DNA of 64,000 nucleotides from positions 39,742,001-39,806,000 of the forward strand of contig NC_042999.1 of the NCBI RefSeq assembly GCF_006345805.1, written 5' to 3'. This DNA is from Octopus sinensis. Its lineage: Eukaryota. This document shows, one piece after another, positions 51,590 to 63,512 of this stretch. The position numbers and the translations under genes were made by a program. The notes beneath the pieces were generated by a model. That model was not told the origin of the DNA. It saw nothing but the letters and a program-made list of their open reading frames with translations, and ran no database searches. Numbering within the stretch: position 1 is the stretch's first letter; every line of letters starts with the position of its first letter.

Positions 51590-52760
51590 CCTTTGCACTG
51601 AAGGTCGCAGTAGAAACCAACCTGAAAATGACTGATTTATTTGACGCAACCCCGGGTTTCGGAGTCCAAAAGAAAAACTTTCATATATGAAAAAGGGTGC
51701 CTATCGTCCAGCCATAGTTTTCAAGAACCTGGTAAAGGGCGTCGGCAGAAAAATCCCCACACTATCTTCAAGCCAAGAGGTTGTTGGTGCTGCCACTCTA
51801 TATTACAATGAGTCTCAGGCACCGGCGGATTCAAGCATGGAACTTGATAGACGCCAAACCTTAACCCCTCCAGGAGAGAGTGCAACCAGAATGCTCTGTG
51901 GTTCCCACTCGAGTAGGTATGATTTTCCATAGATTAGTAGACAAGCACCTACCTCGTACAAATATGTACAACAAAATATTCAATAGGCTACCCTGAGAAT
52001 TTCCATTAGCCGTGCAACCAGTGTAAAATATTTTAGGTGGTTAGCCCACACCTGAGACAAAAGCAGGATGCTCATGGAGGACTAACCCATAATCACTCAG
52101 CGGCCATTCTAATACGGAGACTGTTGTATACGTGGCAAACTTAACAGCCATTGGACCAAATGGGCAACGTGCGAAATTACTTGCAGAACCCGCTATAACA
52201 GCCATAATACTCATTCAACATCCTGCAGAGAGGTAACGCTACAACCCTGGCCACGAACGTATAGTCTTTGACAGAAGGTACCACCGAGGACAGCATCAAG
52301 TGGATTATTCTTGAGAAATGTGAAGCATCCAAATCCCAGGCATTCACCTCAAAAGCGGAAGGGAAATGTTTCATCTCACATAAAAGGAAGTACCACCTAT
52401 CATACCTGCGTGCTCTATCATGACTATAATCACAAGACCACCAAACTTAAGTCTTCCAACAATACCTGGGAGTTCAGCAATGAGTTTGAGCAGAAATACA
52501 CTAACGTACCCACTCACAAACACACACGACCCAACACGGCGGATACCATTCCAATATACTCGCCCATCCTCCAGTATAACCTCCCACACCTTTTGTACCC
52601 CTACACATAGTGCATGTACACAGGAAGGCCCCAACAATTTTATCAATACATCAAAGACAGAAAATACACTGACGAACACATCCGTATACTCTCACAGCCC
52701 TGCAACGGTTATACCTATAGTACCATTACACAATCTATTTCTACAAGAACACCAGCCTTA
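51590..52760 (+). mobile_element. Penelope-like element remnant (GIY-YIG region), degraded
   Basis: ETVVYVANL, TRYNSHNTH, NATTLATNV, IKWIILEKCEA resemble the PLE endonuclease C-terminus. Confidence 0.6.
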
Positions 52761-53031
52761 AAGACACACACGTCTCCCACGAACTTTTCGAGAAAACACT
52801 TACCGACATTACCCCAAGTGGCGATGTGTATGTATGTATACGTGTTTATGTATGTATACGTGTGTATATATGTATACGTGTATATACAGATATGCATATA
52901 TATGTCTCTAATTTTATATATAATGCATGCATATATATAAACACGCACACATATATATATGCATATGTATACATATATATATATATATATGCATATATAC
53001 ATAGATATACATACATACACACACACACACG

Positions 53032-53104
<73 letters not shown>

Positions 53105-53787
53105 CACTTTATTAGTTATTCAATGAATCATGCTTATTAATAGCTTATTAATACACTGATAGTACTTTGCATATGTTAAGTGTGATATCATATGATTCTT
53201 TCCACTTTATCTAGTGCGCATAGTGAGAGTTTATTTTAAAGATTTTATACAATAACTGTTCTACGCTTAATGAGATACTAAAATACATAAAGGAAAATGT
53301 CACATGCTTTCTGGCAAAATATATTGTGTTGCATTAATCTCATTGTAGACTAAATTAATAAACGCTGTTATCTTGCAAATGTATTTTATTGATTTATCTC
53401 TTTTTCATCATAAGTTTTACAAGGTGAAATTTTTCACTTTATGGAATTTATATGATACTGAAAGCATATGACTATCATTTAGTCTATGGCTAGTTATTGA
53501 TAGCAAATCACATTAGGTAGATAACGTATAATCTGAATAATATGCCTACTTTCCTAGAGAATATTAAATCAAAATGTGCCAATGTATTAAATTATAACAA
53601 CGAATACTCATGTATATATTTTCAACAAAAAGTTGGAGAGGGAAGAACCACACTCCACTATCAGAATATCACATTTCTTCTCCGTGACTATTAAATTTTC
53701 CTCTACAGTTTTTGTAAGATCGTCTCTCCATAATAGGTAGATAATTGTTGCCAATGACGGTCCTACATTTTAGACATGCATTGTATA

Positions 53788-54175
53788 ATGGATGGAAACA
53801 CTCCGTCGGTTACGACGACGAGGGTCCCGGTTGATCCGAATCAACGGAATAGCCTGCTCGTGAAATTAACGTGTAAGTGGCTGAGCACTCCACAGACACG
53901 TGCACCCTTAACGTAGTTATCGGGGATATTCAGCGTGACACAGAGAGTGACAAGGCCGGCCCTTTGAAATACAGGTACAACAGAAACAGGAAGTAAGAAT
54001 AAGAGAAAGTTGTGGTGAAAGAATACAGCAGGAATCACCACCATCCCCTGCCGGAGCCTCGTGGAGTTTTAGGTGTTTTCGCTCAATAAACACTCACAAC
54101 GCCCGGTCTGGGAATCGAAACCGCGATCCTATGACCGCGATTCCGCTGCCCTAACCACTGGGCCATTGCGTCTCC
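53788..54175 (-). mobile_element. Full-length tRNA-derived SINE of a second family, with target-site duplication
   Basis: Head ggagacgcaatggcccagtggttagg...ggtttcgattccc; (ccat)n tail; 12-bp TSD a(t/c)gcattgtata at 53776-53787 and 54176-54187. Confidence 0.9.
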
Positions 54176-54328
54176 ACGCATTGTATAGGAGTGAAAATAA
54201 ACGTATGTCATACATGAGTAAATCACTGAGCAAATGAATTAGTTTTGGGACTATCATCAGCTACTTCATACATATTATTTATATTCCGAATTATTCGCGG
54301 TTAAATTAATTATATTTGGTCCGCTCAG

Positions 54329-54436
54329 CCAAAATTGTGGGAAATGCATGAGAAGTATGATTTTTAACTACGGAGAATGGAAAGACGCTACTCCATTTTA
54401 TACAAAGGAAGTACCGAATTATAATTCAGACAGAAG
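54329..54436 (+). CDS. Candidate internal exon, 108 nt, phase 2-2: QNCGKCMRSMIFNYGEWKDATPFYTKEVPNYNSDR
   Basis: Acceptor ctcag, donor AAG|gtaaat, open frame. Confidence 0.35.
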
Positions 54437-54677
54437 GTAAATTGCTTGCATTATTGAAGTAAAATAATGTTGCCGAAGCGACATTTACTCAGACGTTCTA
54501 GACAAATTACACAGTTTTCCAATATTGTTCCTTTAGACTAGATGAAAAACATCTGGGCAATAGCTTTTCGTAAATGCATTATATTTTCTTTCATTCTACA
54601 GACACTTGCGCACACACATATGTTATAAAACTACTCTTAATATAATTAAATTCCCATGTGATATATCAATATAGCAG

Positions 54678-54714
54678 AACTCACGGGAGTAATACACATC
54701 TAACTACATCTAAG
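54678..54714 (+). CDS. Candidate 37-nt exon, phase 2-0: THGSNTHLTTSK
   Basis: Consensus donor AAG|gtaagt; phase-compatible with its neighbours. Confidence 0.3.
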
Positions 54715-55000
54715 GTAAGTATAACCCTCTGAAAGTGTTCAACATACAATTGTAAATTAGTATGAAATACACGAGTCTATGACTCGAAGAGATATATGAA
54801 ATGATCACCTTTATCTTATTGGTTAAGTCAAAGGGTCGCTCACAAGAAGCAATTTGTACCTCTTCCAACAGGGTCATTCCATATCCCTTTTGTAGCGATC
54901 TAATTAACTCATATCCATTTTTTCGTAGAGATCTAATTAATTCATAGCCACAGTACAGGCGATGTGACAGCAAGCACTCAAAAGCATGCAGTTCTTCACT
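54710..55000 (-). other. ~97-codon open frame containing an in-frame 33-bp duplication; possible exon or coding TE relic
   Basis: GYELIRSLRKN / GYELIRSLQKG, with four synonymous third-position differences. Confidence 0.35.
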
Positions 55001-55482
55001 ATATCCGACGTATTATAATATTTCTATTTAATGACATCGTAAATTCTGCTAGTTTTTATGATAGGGTTGCCAAATTAGTATTATGCATTAACTTCTAATC
55101 ACGAATGGAAAACTATATATTTGGATGACGGCAGGTGGATAAATCTCCATTCTAGAGAGGAAAATGTTCTGCACGTTTACAGCTGGAAGATAAATCTCAG
55201 GAAGTTGCTTAAAAGACTCACATCGAATTATTCCATTAATACATAAACGATTCGTTTTAAAAGTCTAATAAAGATACTTAAGTTTATTTCAAATTATCGA
55301 GTGAGTATTATTAATGTCAATAATCGAGTTTGATGACTGTTTGGTACAATCGTAATTTTCTTAAAAGTGCATTCTGTCGTTCGACCTAAATTTGTATGTG
55401 TTCCTGATTTAATAGTAATGAATTAATAACAAATAAATGAAGACTTATCGTTTCCATTGTAACTGCTAATATCTTGTTTTAG

Positions 55483-55572
55483 AAACATGTGAGGGAAGAT
55501 CCTAAGAACAGGACAAATGTGTTTGATCTACATTCACATAATTTGACCGTGTTCTTTAAATCATTTGGCAAA
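55483..55572 (+). CDS. Candidate internal exon, 90 nt, phase 0-0: KHVREDPKNRTNVFDLHSHNLTVFFKSFGK
   Basis: Acceptor tcttgttttag, donor AAA|gtgagt, open frame. Confidence 0.4.
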
Positions 55573-56088
55573 GTGAGTGTTAAAAGCATATCATGAAAAT
55601 ATAGAAGTGTTCTAAATTTCCTTCAGGCACAAGTTTTAAACAAGTTAGAAATGTCACATACATTGGAGAAGGAAACACACAATTAAGCCTCAGATCTCCT
55701 CATATATTATCAAATAGTTCTAACAGTCTACCGTAAAATAGTGAAACGTTGTTAACATATTGTAATAAAAATTTCGATTAAATAAGTGCTATTTATTTTG
55801 GGTTGATATCTTTTACTTATTTCATCGGAAAATTTCGTGCTGGAGCTCTGCAGAGTTTAAGAGATTAAATGCGTGCATTATGGTTGTTCATCTGTAATGC
55901 TCAGATTGAGCTTTCGTTTTCCGTTCTTTCAGTATGGTACCAATGTAACGAGCAGAGTTTTATATCATTGATGGATAAATCAATTCAGTCCTCCAGCAGA
56001 TATTTCACTTTAGAATGTATTGAATAGAAACTAAATAAAAATCGTTACATAGTCCAGTGAAATACGCCATCAGATAAAAAATAATCGT

Positions 56089-56089
<1 letters not shown>

Positions 56090-56178
<89 letters not shown>
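56090..56178. repeat. (TAA)n microsatellite
   Basis: Direct observation. Confidence 0.97.
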
Positions 56179-56194
56179 GTAATGATTGAAAATA

Positions 56195-56430
56195 ATTCGA
56201 GGATTATCCCTGGCTTACCAGCCATGCAGGAAGTGCCAAAAAATGTCTTAACTGGTACATCACACCTATTGAGAAGAGCATTATCTCTGTGAATTTTCTT
56301 CCCTCTCTCCCTTTATTTTCTTTATTTTATTTTTTCATATTCTTTTTTGTTTTTCCCCTTTCTGTTCTCTGTCTTCCTCCCCTTCCCTTTCCTTTTATTA
56401 CGTGACTTTGTAACTGAACGATCTAGTGAG
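56195..56430 (+). mobile_element. Extreme 3' end of an R4/Dong-type LINE
   Basis: IIPGLPAMQEVPKNVLTGTSHLLRRALSL* (stop 56290-56292) matches the typical R4 ORF C-terminus. Confidence 0.7.
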
Positions 56431-56439
56431 TTTATTTTA

Positions 56440-57790
56440 ATGGCCTACCTATGTTTACAGTGATTTTCTTTGCCCTTGACACACTGCAACAAATCGAAAC
56501 AAAATCTAAAGAATATAATAATAAAAAAGAGTAAGAGGAACCTCAACAACAACAACAACAACAAATATAATAATTCTTTCCTTGGCCGCCAAGGCCGACC
56601 CATAGATGACAATACAGTAGACATGGACTGTGTGGGTCTTACACAAAACAACGCGTACACAATTACAACAATAATATCAACCAAGACCAGTATATAATGC
56701 ACGGAGACTGGACGAGTGCGTGGAGAATGGTTTCATCGCTCTGCACAGCTCTAGAGCAGGCCGACTCACAGTATTTCAATGCCTGTAGAGTATTTCTCGA
56801 AACGGCAGTGCCCCCAGTAGCACTCCAAACTAGGGACTTCTGGAAGGTATCCATCAATACCGGCACGAAAGTCCTCCAGAACAGACTGGTCAATTCGACT
56901 TCGTCGACTCCTAACGCGTCTCCACGTCCGTCATCGCTCTCTCCCTCCACTAACCCTCTAAATTACTCGAGAGTGGATGTTCCACTAATTGCATTGTCGG
57001 ACTGGTAGAGGGCAGTCAGTGTCTGGCGACCTTTCCCCTGTAAACCTTACCTGCCAGAAACAATATGTTCAGCTTCTAGAACCCGGCTCCTAACCTACCA
57101 GTGTTATCTAGGTCGACCGTACTGATTACAAACTTATGGTCTGAATAGGCGACCGTTCCAAAAAGTGTATATCCTACACTATTACTATCTATTTGTCTAG
57201 TGAAAATCCCATCTATATACGATCTAGATTACCCTAATCAGTTGGTCCAGCTCCACACTGGCGCATTAGGGAAATCTCCTCGGTAACTGTTAGGCAGTTG
57301 GAACTGGCTGATCAGATACTTGAGTTTTTGCATTTCATCTTCTATAAGGTACACCCACACAATCCCAGCGTTGGTTTAAGAATCTGTTCCAGTCTGCTAC
57401 TAACAGTAAAGAGCGAGACGTACCTAGAAAGGCTTCATGGCGCCTAAAGAAATCCGGCCATTTGGCTCTGCTAGAGGCGTAGAGGGCTACCAGTCTAAAG
57501 ACACTACCTTCATTATTGCTCACATCCAAGACCACCAAATTCCCATCCGAGTTCTGGAAGAGCGACCTTACCTTGAGATCCTGTTCTTTCCTAAACAGTA
57601 TAGACACTCCACCTCCCTTCTCGGCCGACTAACAGATGCAAAGGTCGTCGAACATGGAGGTCAGTGCGCGTGTATTGAAAATCCTAGTCTCACCGACAGC
57701 AATCGCATCCAATTCTAAAGATATGAGGTCGCTGAGTAGGCGCCCTTGCTTCTAGAATAACCCCAGTTCTGGAACTTTAAAATCCTTATT
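56440..57790 (-). mobile_element. L1/Tx1-type LINE derivative: APE endonuclease joined to the C-terminal zinc-knuckle region; RT absent
   Basis: GNLVVLDV..FRLVALYAS..LLLVADWN; SDHK; GFWKLN; then SDETILHALVQ within ~400 bp. Confidence 0.75.
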
Positions 57791-58139
57791 CTTAATATGA
57801 CTGTGTTAGCAAGCTAAAATGAGAAGGGGAATGTTTACTTACCTCCCAGAGTCCTATGAACATCGCGTGGTTGGATATCCATAATCGGTGGGATTTTATA
57901 TTTTGGAGAACCTTTAAGAGCCTTGATGTGGGTCTCACGTTCACAATCCTCATGTCCTCAGCAAAGATCTCTCGAATATTTGTGCAGCAATCGAGAGACA
58001 ATCGCTCTAAAAACAAATCTTCTGGTACGCGAAATGTATAGGGAGAATTGAGAGCGGAGAAAAGAGGGGAAGCAAAGGCAGAAGTACAAAACTGACATGA
58101 TGAACTACCCAGCAAGGGACTACACAATTAATTCCATGT

Positions 58140-58830
58140 AGCAACAACAAAAGTTGCTGGAAAAAATTTGTGGGTTTGACTGAGGAAAGGAACCCTAAAA
58201 AAAGTGACCTAGAGCACTATTTTGGCAGTGCAGGACCAAGCTCTTGCTACGAACTGGAGAGTCAACCTGAGGAATAAGCAAGTGTTTCCGCTCAGCCGCA
58301 TCTGTAATAGAGCGGATAAAACCATTGCCCATATCATGAGGGAATGTCTTAGACTTGCTCGAAACCACTAGAAGTTCTGGTGAAACGACCAGTTAACGAA
58401 AGTGCTGCATTGGAGACGGTGCGAAAAGTGAGAGCTAGAGAGATGCAAGACCTGGTAGGAACACAAACCGCAGAAAGTGTCAGAGTCGGAGACTAACAAA
58501 ATCGTCTGGGATTTCCCAATCCAAAGAGATCCGGTGCTAGCGTTTAACAGACCGGACCTAATGGTGGTCAACAAGATGCACCACGTATGCTATATAGTTG
58601 ATGCTGCATGTACCTCAACCCACAAATGTTCAAGAAGGGTGGCGAAAAGATAGAAAATGCAACCCTCTTAAGTACAAAATACCTCGGCAATGGAATATGA
58701 AGAAGGTGGAGATAGTGTCCTTGGGGACAATAATGGAAGGCATCAAAGGGAACATAAAGGAAAATGGAATAAAGTGCCCAGTAGAATCATTTACAAAATT
58801 CTGCGTCCTTGGCGCCTAGAATAATCAGGA
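58140..58830 (+). mobile_element. R4/Dong-type LINE C-terminal fragment (CCHC and restriction-like endonuclease)
   Basis: LAVQDQALATNW; ICNRADKTIAHIMREC; decayed WDF/RPD/KY-like segments across shifted frames. Confidence 0.75.
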
Positions 58831-59315
58831 AAGTATTAGATAGCAAGATAGCGTAGGTGGCTGCAGATAGAGAGCCCGCGTGCAGATAGAAAGCTACGCG
58901 TGCAAGACTCCAGGATTTTCAACAAAACCTGTGATAAAAGAAATAGTAATAACTAGCGTGACACGTGAATATTTCACAGAATTAAAAGTAAACCTATTGA
59001 TTATTCCTGAGACCTTTATCCAAAAAAACCTGAAACGTGAGCTGTGGTATGTCTGTATCAAAAGATAGTCGCTAATCTTCTATTCATTGAAAATTGAATA
59101 CAATTATTACTTAAGGCACTTTACATATATTGTTTATAGTTTATGCACAATTTTATATTCACAATTTTATATACTCAGCACTCATAAAATACATATTCAC
59201 TCTTATTTTTCCATTTCTCCCATAAAGAGAAATAAATTACATTTTAAACTTTCATTTCTAGAAAGCAAAAATAAATATAGTTAAAAATATAGTAAAACAA
59301 TTATTTTATATATAA

Positions 59316-59714
59316 CTAGCAGTATCGCCCGGCGTTGCTCGGGTTTGTAAGGGAAATAACTATATAAGCATTTTTAGAGAGTTATAGCCAAAGAATAGCA
59401 AAAAAATGCATTAAAAATGGGAAAAAAATGATGATAAATTTTTTAAAAATCGTTGACTCATCGTAGACATTTTTAGAGAGTTACTTCCCTTACATATAAT
59501 AGCGAAAAAAATGCATTAAAATGGATAAAATGATGGTAAATTATTTTAAAAATCGTAGACTCATCGTAGACGCGCGCTAATACCTAGACGGGCTCGATAT
59601 GAATCACGACTATAAGATACCCGCTTTTGGTTACACTGCACCGCAAAATGTGGGAGTAGTTAGGAATCTAAATCGTATGAGACAGACACACAACTTCACT
59701 TTTATATATAAAGA
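59316..59714 (-). mobile_element. Non-autonomous Helitron (399 bp)
   Basis: Minus strand A|TCtttatatataaa...cccgagcaacgccggg...CTAG|T; internal ~100-bp duplication. Confidence 0.9.
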
Positions 59715-59977
59715 TATATAAGGGGTCAAAATTTCACGGGGATGAAAAAATATAATGCAGCATGGCATACTCTGAAAGCCACATCGTTGGTAACATATAA
59801 GAGAAGGCTATGGGACAGAGTCAATACACATTTCAATTTGTAGTTACTTAAAAAGAAAAAGAAAATCGCTACGCACTCACAATCGTCAATTTTGGTTAAT
59901 TGCAAAACCCGGCTTTACATGGATCTGCGCGCATACTGTTTCAGGTCTATACGATATTTTTAGTCTACAGCATCGCA

Positions 59978-59978
59978 T

Positions 59979-60059
<81 letters not shown>

Positions 60060-60151
60060 TGTTGTTGTTGTTGTAGTAGTAGTAGTGGTGGTGGTGGTGC
60101 TGGTGCTGGTGCTGGTGGTAGTAGTAGTAGTAGTAGTAGTGGGGGTGGTGT

Positions 60152-60184
<33 letters not shown>

Positions 60185-60186
60185 CT

Positions 60187-60241
<55 letters not shown>

Positions 60242-60520
60242 CAGTAGTAATTTTTCTTCAGCAGCATATTTCTCTTGTTTAGAAATGTTACATATAATAA
60301 TATTACTACTGCCATCACTACCACCACCACCACCAGTATCACCACCACCACCACCACCAAAACTATCACTACTACTACTACTACTACTACTACTCCTATA
60401 CCGCCGCTTTGCTGCATCTAATACTACCGTAATAACTACTACAACTATTGCTGCTGGTGCTTCAACGACTATTACCTCCACCACTACCGATACAAAAACC
60501 GAATCTAATTTGTTGTAGGC
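59978..60520. repeat. Compound trinucleotide block: (TAG)n, (TTG)n and (TGG)n, then (CCA)n and (CTA)n
   Basis: Direct observation. Confidence 0.95.
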
Positions 60521-60676
60521 TTGTATATAATAGTTTCTAAAATTAATACCGTTCATGAGCCGGGTAGCATATTGAAAAGTGTTAAATACCAAACGTGTGA
60601 ACCAGTTAACATAAACACAAATTCATTAACAAATAATATCAAATGTCGTACTTCACTCTTAAATATAACAAGATGC

Positions 60677-61077
60677 GGATCTTTTCGGTTTGAACGGCAG
60701 TTTTTTCTAGCGGTGTCATATGAAATTGTCACCCATAATTATGACCCTAGTATCGATCTATTGCATTTCAATCTGTTTTAGGATTAGGGTTAGAGGTGGG
60801 GGAAGGGTATCTTTTTTCTTCACAAATGTAAATAAACCCAATCTGTTTCTTAAACGACGGACATATTCATGCGGCACAGAATGCTTTTTAACTCAATAGA
60901 CGTCACTGATTGGTTGAAATTGCAGAAATTGAAGAAAAAACAACAACAAATACCTTACAAACTATAGAATTTTCTCAATAAAGCCAAGAGAAAAAAATGT
61001 TTTATAAACACATTCTACAACTATACGAAGTTACCTAGAAATTATGTTAAAAACTGCCGATCAAACCGAAAAGATCC
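60677..61077. mobile_element. MITE (401 bp) with 28-bp TIRs and an 8-bp TSD; Merlin-like or hAT-like
   Basis: TIR GGATCTTTTCGGTTTGA(a/t)CGGCAGTTTT; TSD CAAGATGC at 60669-60676 and 61078-61085. Confidence 0.9.
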
Positions 61078-61308
61078 CAAGATGCAATATTAACAGTGAG
61101 AATTTGCTTCTAAATTCAACATTCATCGGAGGAACAAGTATACTTCAATCTACAGTTCCGTTTGTAGATGTTATCTGAATCACAGACGTTGCTGAGGTGA
61201 GCTTTGAAATGCAAAAGGGGGAAATAAAGGGCAAAATAACAAGTGTAAATGAACACGAGATGTATTTAGAACGGTTGCACAACAGAAAAGAGTGTGTTGT
61301 AATCCATA

Positions 61309-61349
<41 letters not shown>

Positions 61350-61381
61350 ATAATAATAATAATAATAATTATAATAATAAA

Positions 61382-61936
61382 TGACCTGATGCAGTACCAG
61401 GCAGTGGCTCTCATGGCTTCTGATCTTAACTGATTGGAAGTGTTATCATGTACATTGTTTTGTCTTAGTATAAAAGATGGGCTACAGCAAATATTCTGCT
61501 CAATACCACAGATTTGCTTGTCAGTTGTTTGACTTTAACCAGTTGAGCATGTCCCTTAGTGGTTGACGATATGTGCATCTCTGATCACGAGCAGAAGTAG
61601 TGGGGGAGCATCAAAGCCATATGTTGAGAGGGATTCTTTGGGGTTTGAATAATTCACCTCTGAAAACATGGGTGGTTCTTTCAACATCCTTAAAGAACCC
61701 TTATTCAGGGACCTTTTGAGCGGGATGGGCTACTCAAACTGAAGAAAATTCTAACTGGGCCCCACCTGCAAGGTCATGTGCTGTTTATCTTGATATGAGA
61801 TCACCATGTCGCGCACATATGGTTGTGATGCATGTGCCTGGTGTACCCTTATCAGACGGGTAGTCATGATGGGTATATTGGGCTTTGTATATTTTACCCC
61901 AGTGTCACTTTGATGGCATGAACTGCTCTCTCACTC
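61382..61936 (+). mobile_element. Interspersed repeat embedded in (TAA)n; possibly the 3' UTR of a Dong/R4-like element
   Basis: Higher-GC non-coding block with (TAA)n on both sides; identity inferred only. Confidence 0.45.
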
Positions 61937-62007
61937 AATGATAATAATAATAATAATGATAACGTTGCTGGTGATGCTGATTTTGATGATGTTCATGATG
62001 CTGGTTG

Positions 62008-62076
<69 letters not shown>

Positions 62077-62280
62077 AACAACAACAACAAATGCTACAAA
62101 TACTAATATTGCTGATAATACTTCCGCTGCTAATGGTGCTGCAGCTGCTACTGGTACTACAACTACTACTACTACTAAATCTACTACAGCTACTACAAAT
62201 ACTACTACAACTTCTACAAACACTAATACTGCTACTGGCGGTGATGCTGTTGCTATTTTCATTGCTGATGCTGGTAATAC
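61937..62280. repeat. Compound (ATA)/(CTA)/(CCA)/(CAA) trinucleotide block
   Basis: Direct observation. Confidence 0.93.
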
Positions 62281-63043
62281 GACACACATTCTACACACAT
62301 TCTACATCTAATAGAGTCGTTCAATTTGTGGGGTGCAGAAAGACCTTTTTGATGTCATCACATCGAAGTACGTCAAAGTTGACACCAGGGTTTTTCAATA
62401 AGAAAAAAAAAAAACAGAGGAATTGTAGACGAAGAAGATTTTGTATTGGTGAATTCAGAATTTAGGTGCGAATTACCACGAATAATGCTTAACACTAATG
62501 CATTTACGACAGAATAACTTATATCTTATATGATTTGCTAATGAATTTCTGTTTGTGTTAATTGGCACTTTGATTAGTTACTTAACACGTTCCTATAAGG
62601 TAGCGGCAGATGATGACAGATATTAATGTTAGAAACCAATAATGTGACTGCCTATAATAAATTAATATTCTTTCCCAATTATATCTCTTATCTTATATTA
62701 GTTACGCACACACCAACGCTTGGAAGCCCTGAGACAATTTATTCTCTCTTCTCCTCCCCTCTCTCCCTCTCTCGCTCTCTCTCTATATATATATACATAC
62801 ATATTATATATGTGCGTATATGTGTATGTGTGTATTTTGCGTGTGTGTGAGTGTATACATAAATCTATATGTATGAATGTATGCACATTTGGCTGTATGC
62901 ATATGTGCATATTGGTATGTTTTGTCTTCTGTATGTTTTCTCATGTTTATATGTATGTATGGCTGTATATACATATATGTGTGTTTGCATGGCTCTATGC
63001 CTATACATATATACATAAACATATGTACATACACGATATATAT

Positions 63044-63111
<68 letters not shown>

Positions 63112-63204
63112 GATATATGTATATATATTGGTAAAAACGGTAAGATAACAAAAGAAAGAACGAGACCTCAATATTATGTAAATAGAGGAAATTTATCTGT
63201 AAAT

Positions 63205-63352
63205 TAATATGTTACAATTATTCAATAGCCAAGATAAAACCATCTCTTCGGTTATTTGGCCAGATAACCAAAGAGATGTTGTTGTGGATTTCCACTTCGG
63301 CATCCGAAACTCAGAGTTTTCTCTTGGCTATTGAATAATAATGGTAACATAT
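63205..63352. repeat. ~45-bp imperfect inverted repeat enclosing ~60 bp
   Basis: attaatatgttac..attattcaatagccaaga pairs with tcttggctattgaataat..gtaacatattaat. Confidence 0.75.
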
Positions 63353-63362
63353 TAATTGGCAG

Positions 63363-63512
<150 letters not shown>

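Noticed and set aside
55627-56005. Two further acceptor-led open segments (GTSFKQVRNVTY... and WYQCNEQSF...)
   Set aside because: Their phase 1 frames are incompatible with the preceding candidate exon, and their donors are weak.
60775-60800. TTAGGG-like tract as an interstitial telomere
   Set aside because: Only about two imperfect units, internal to a MITE.
59978-62465. Long poly-Leu, poly-Val, poly-Tyr and poly-Ser ORFs
   Set aside because: These are translations of trinucleotide repeats with no domain content.
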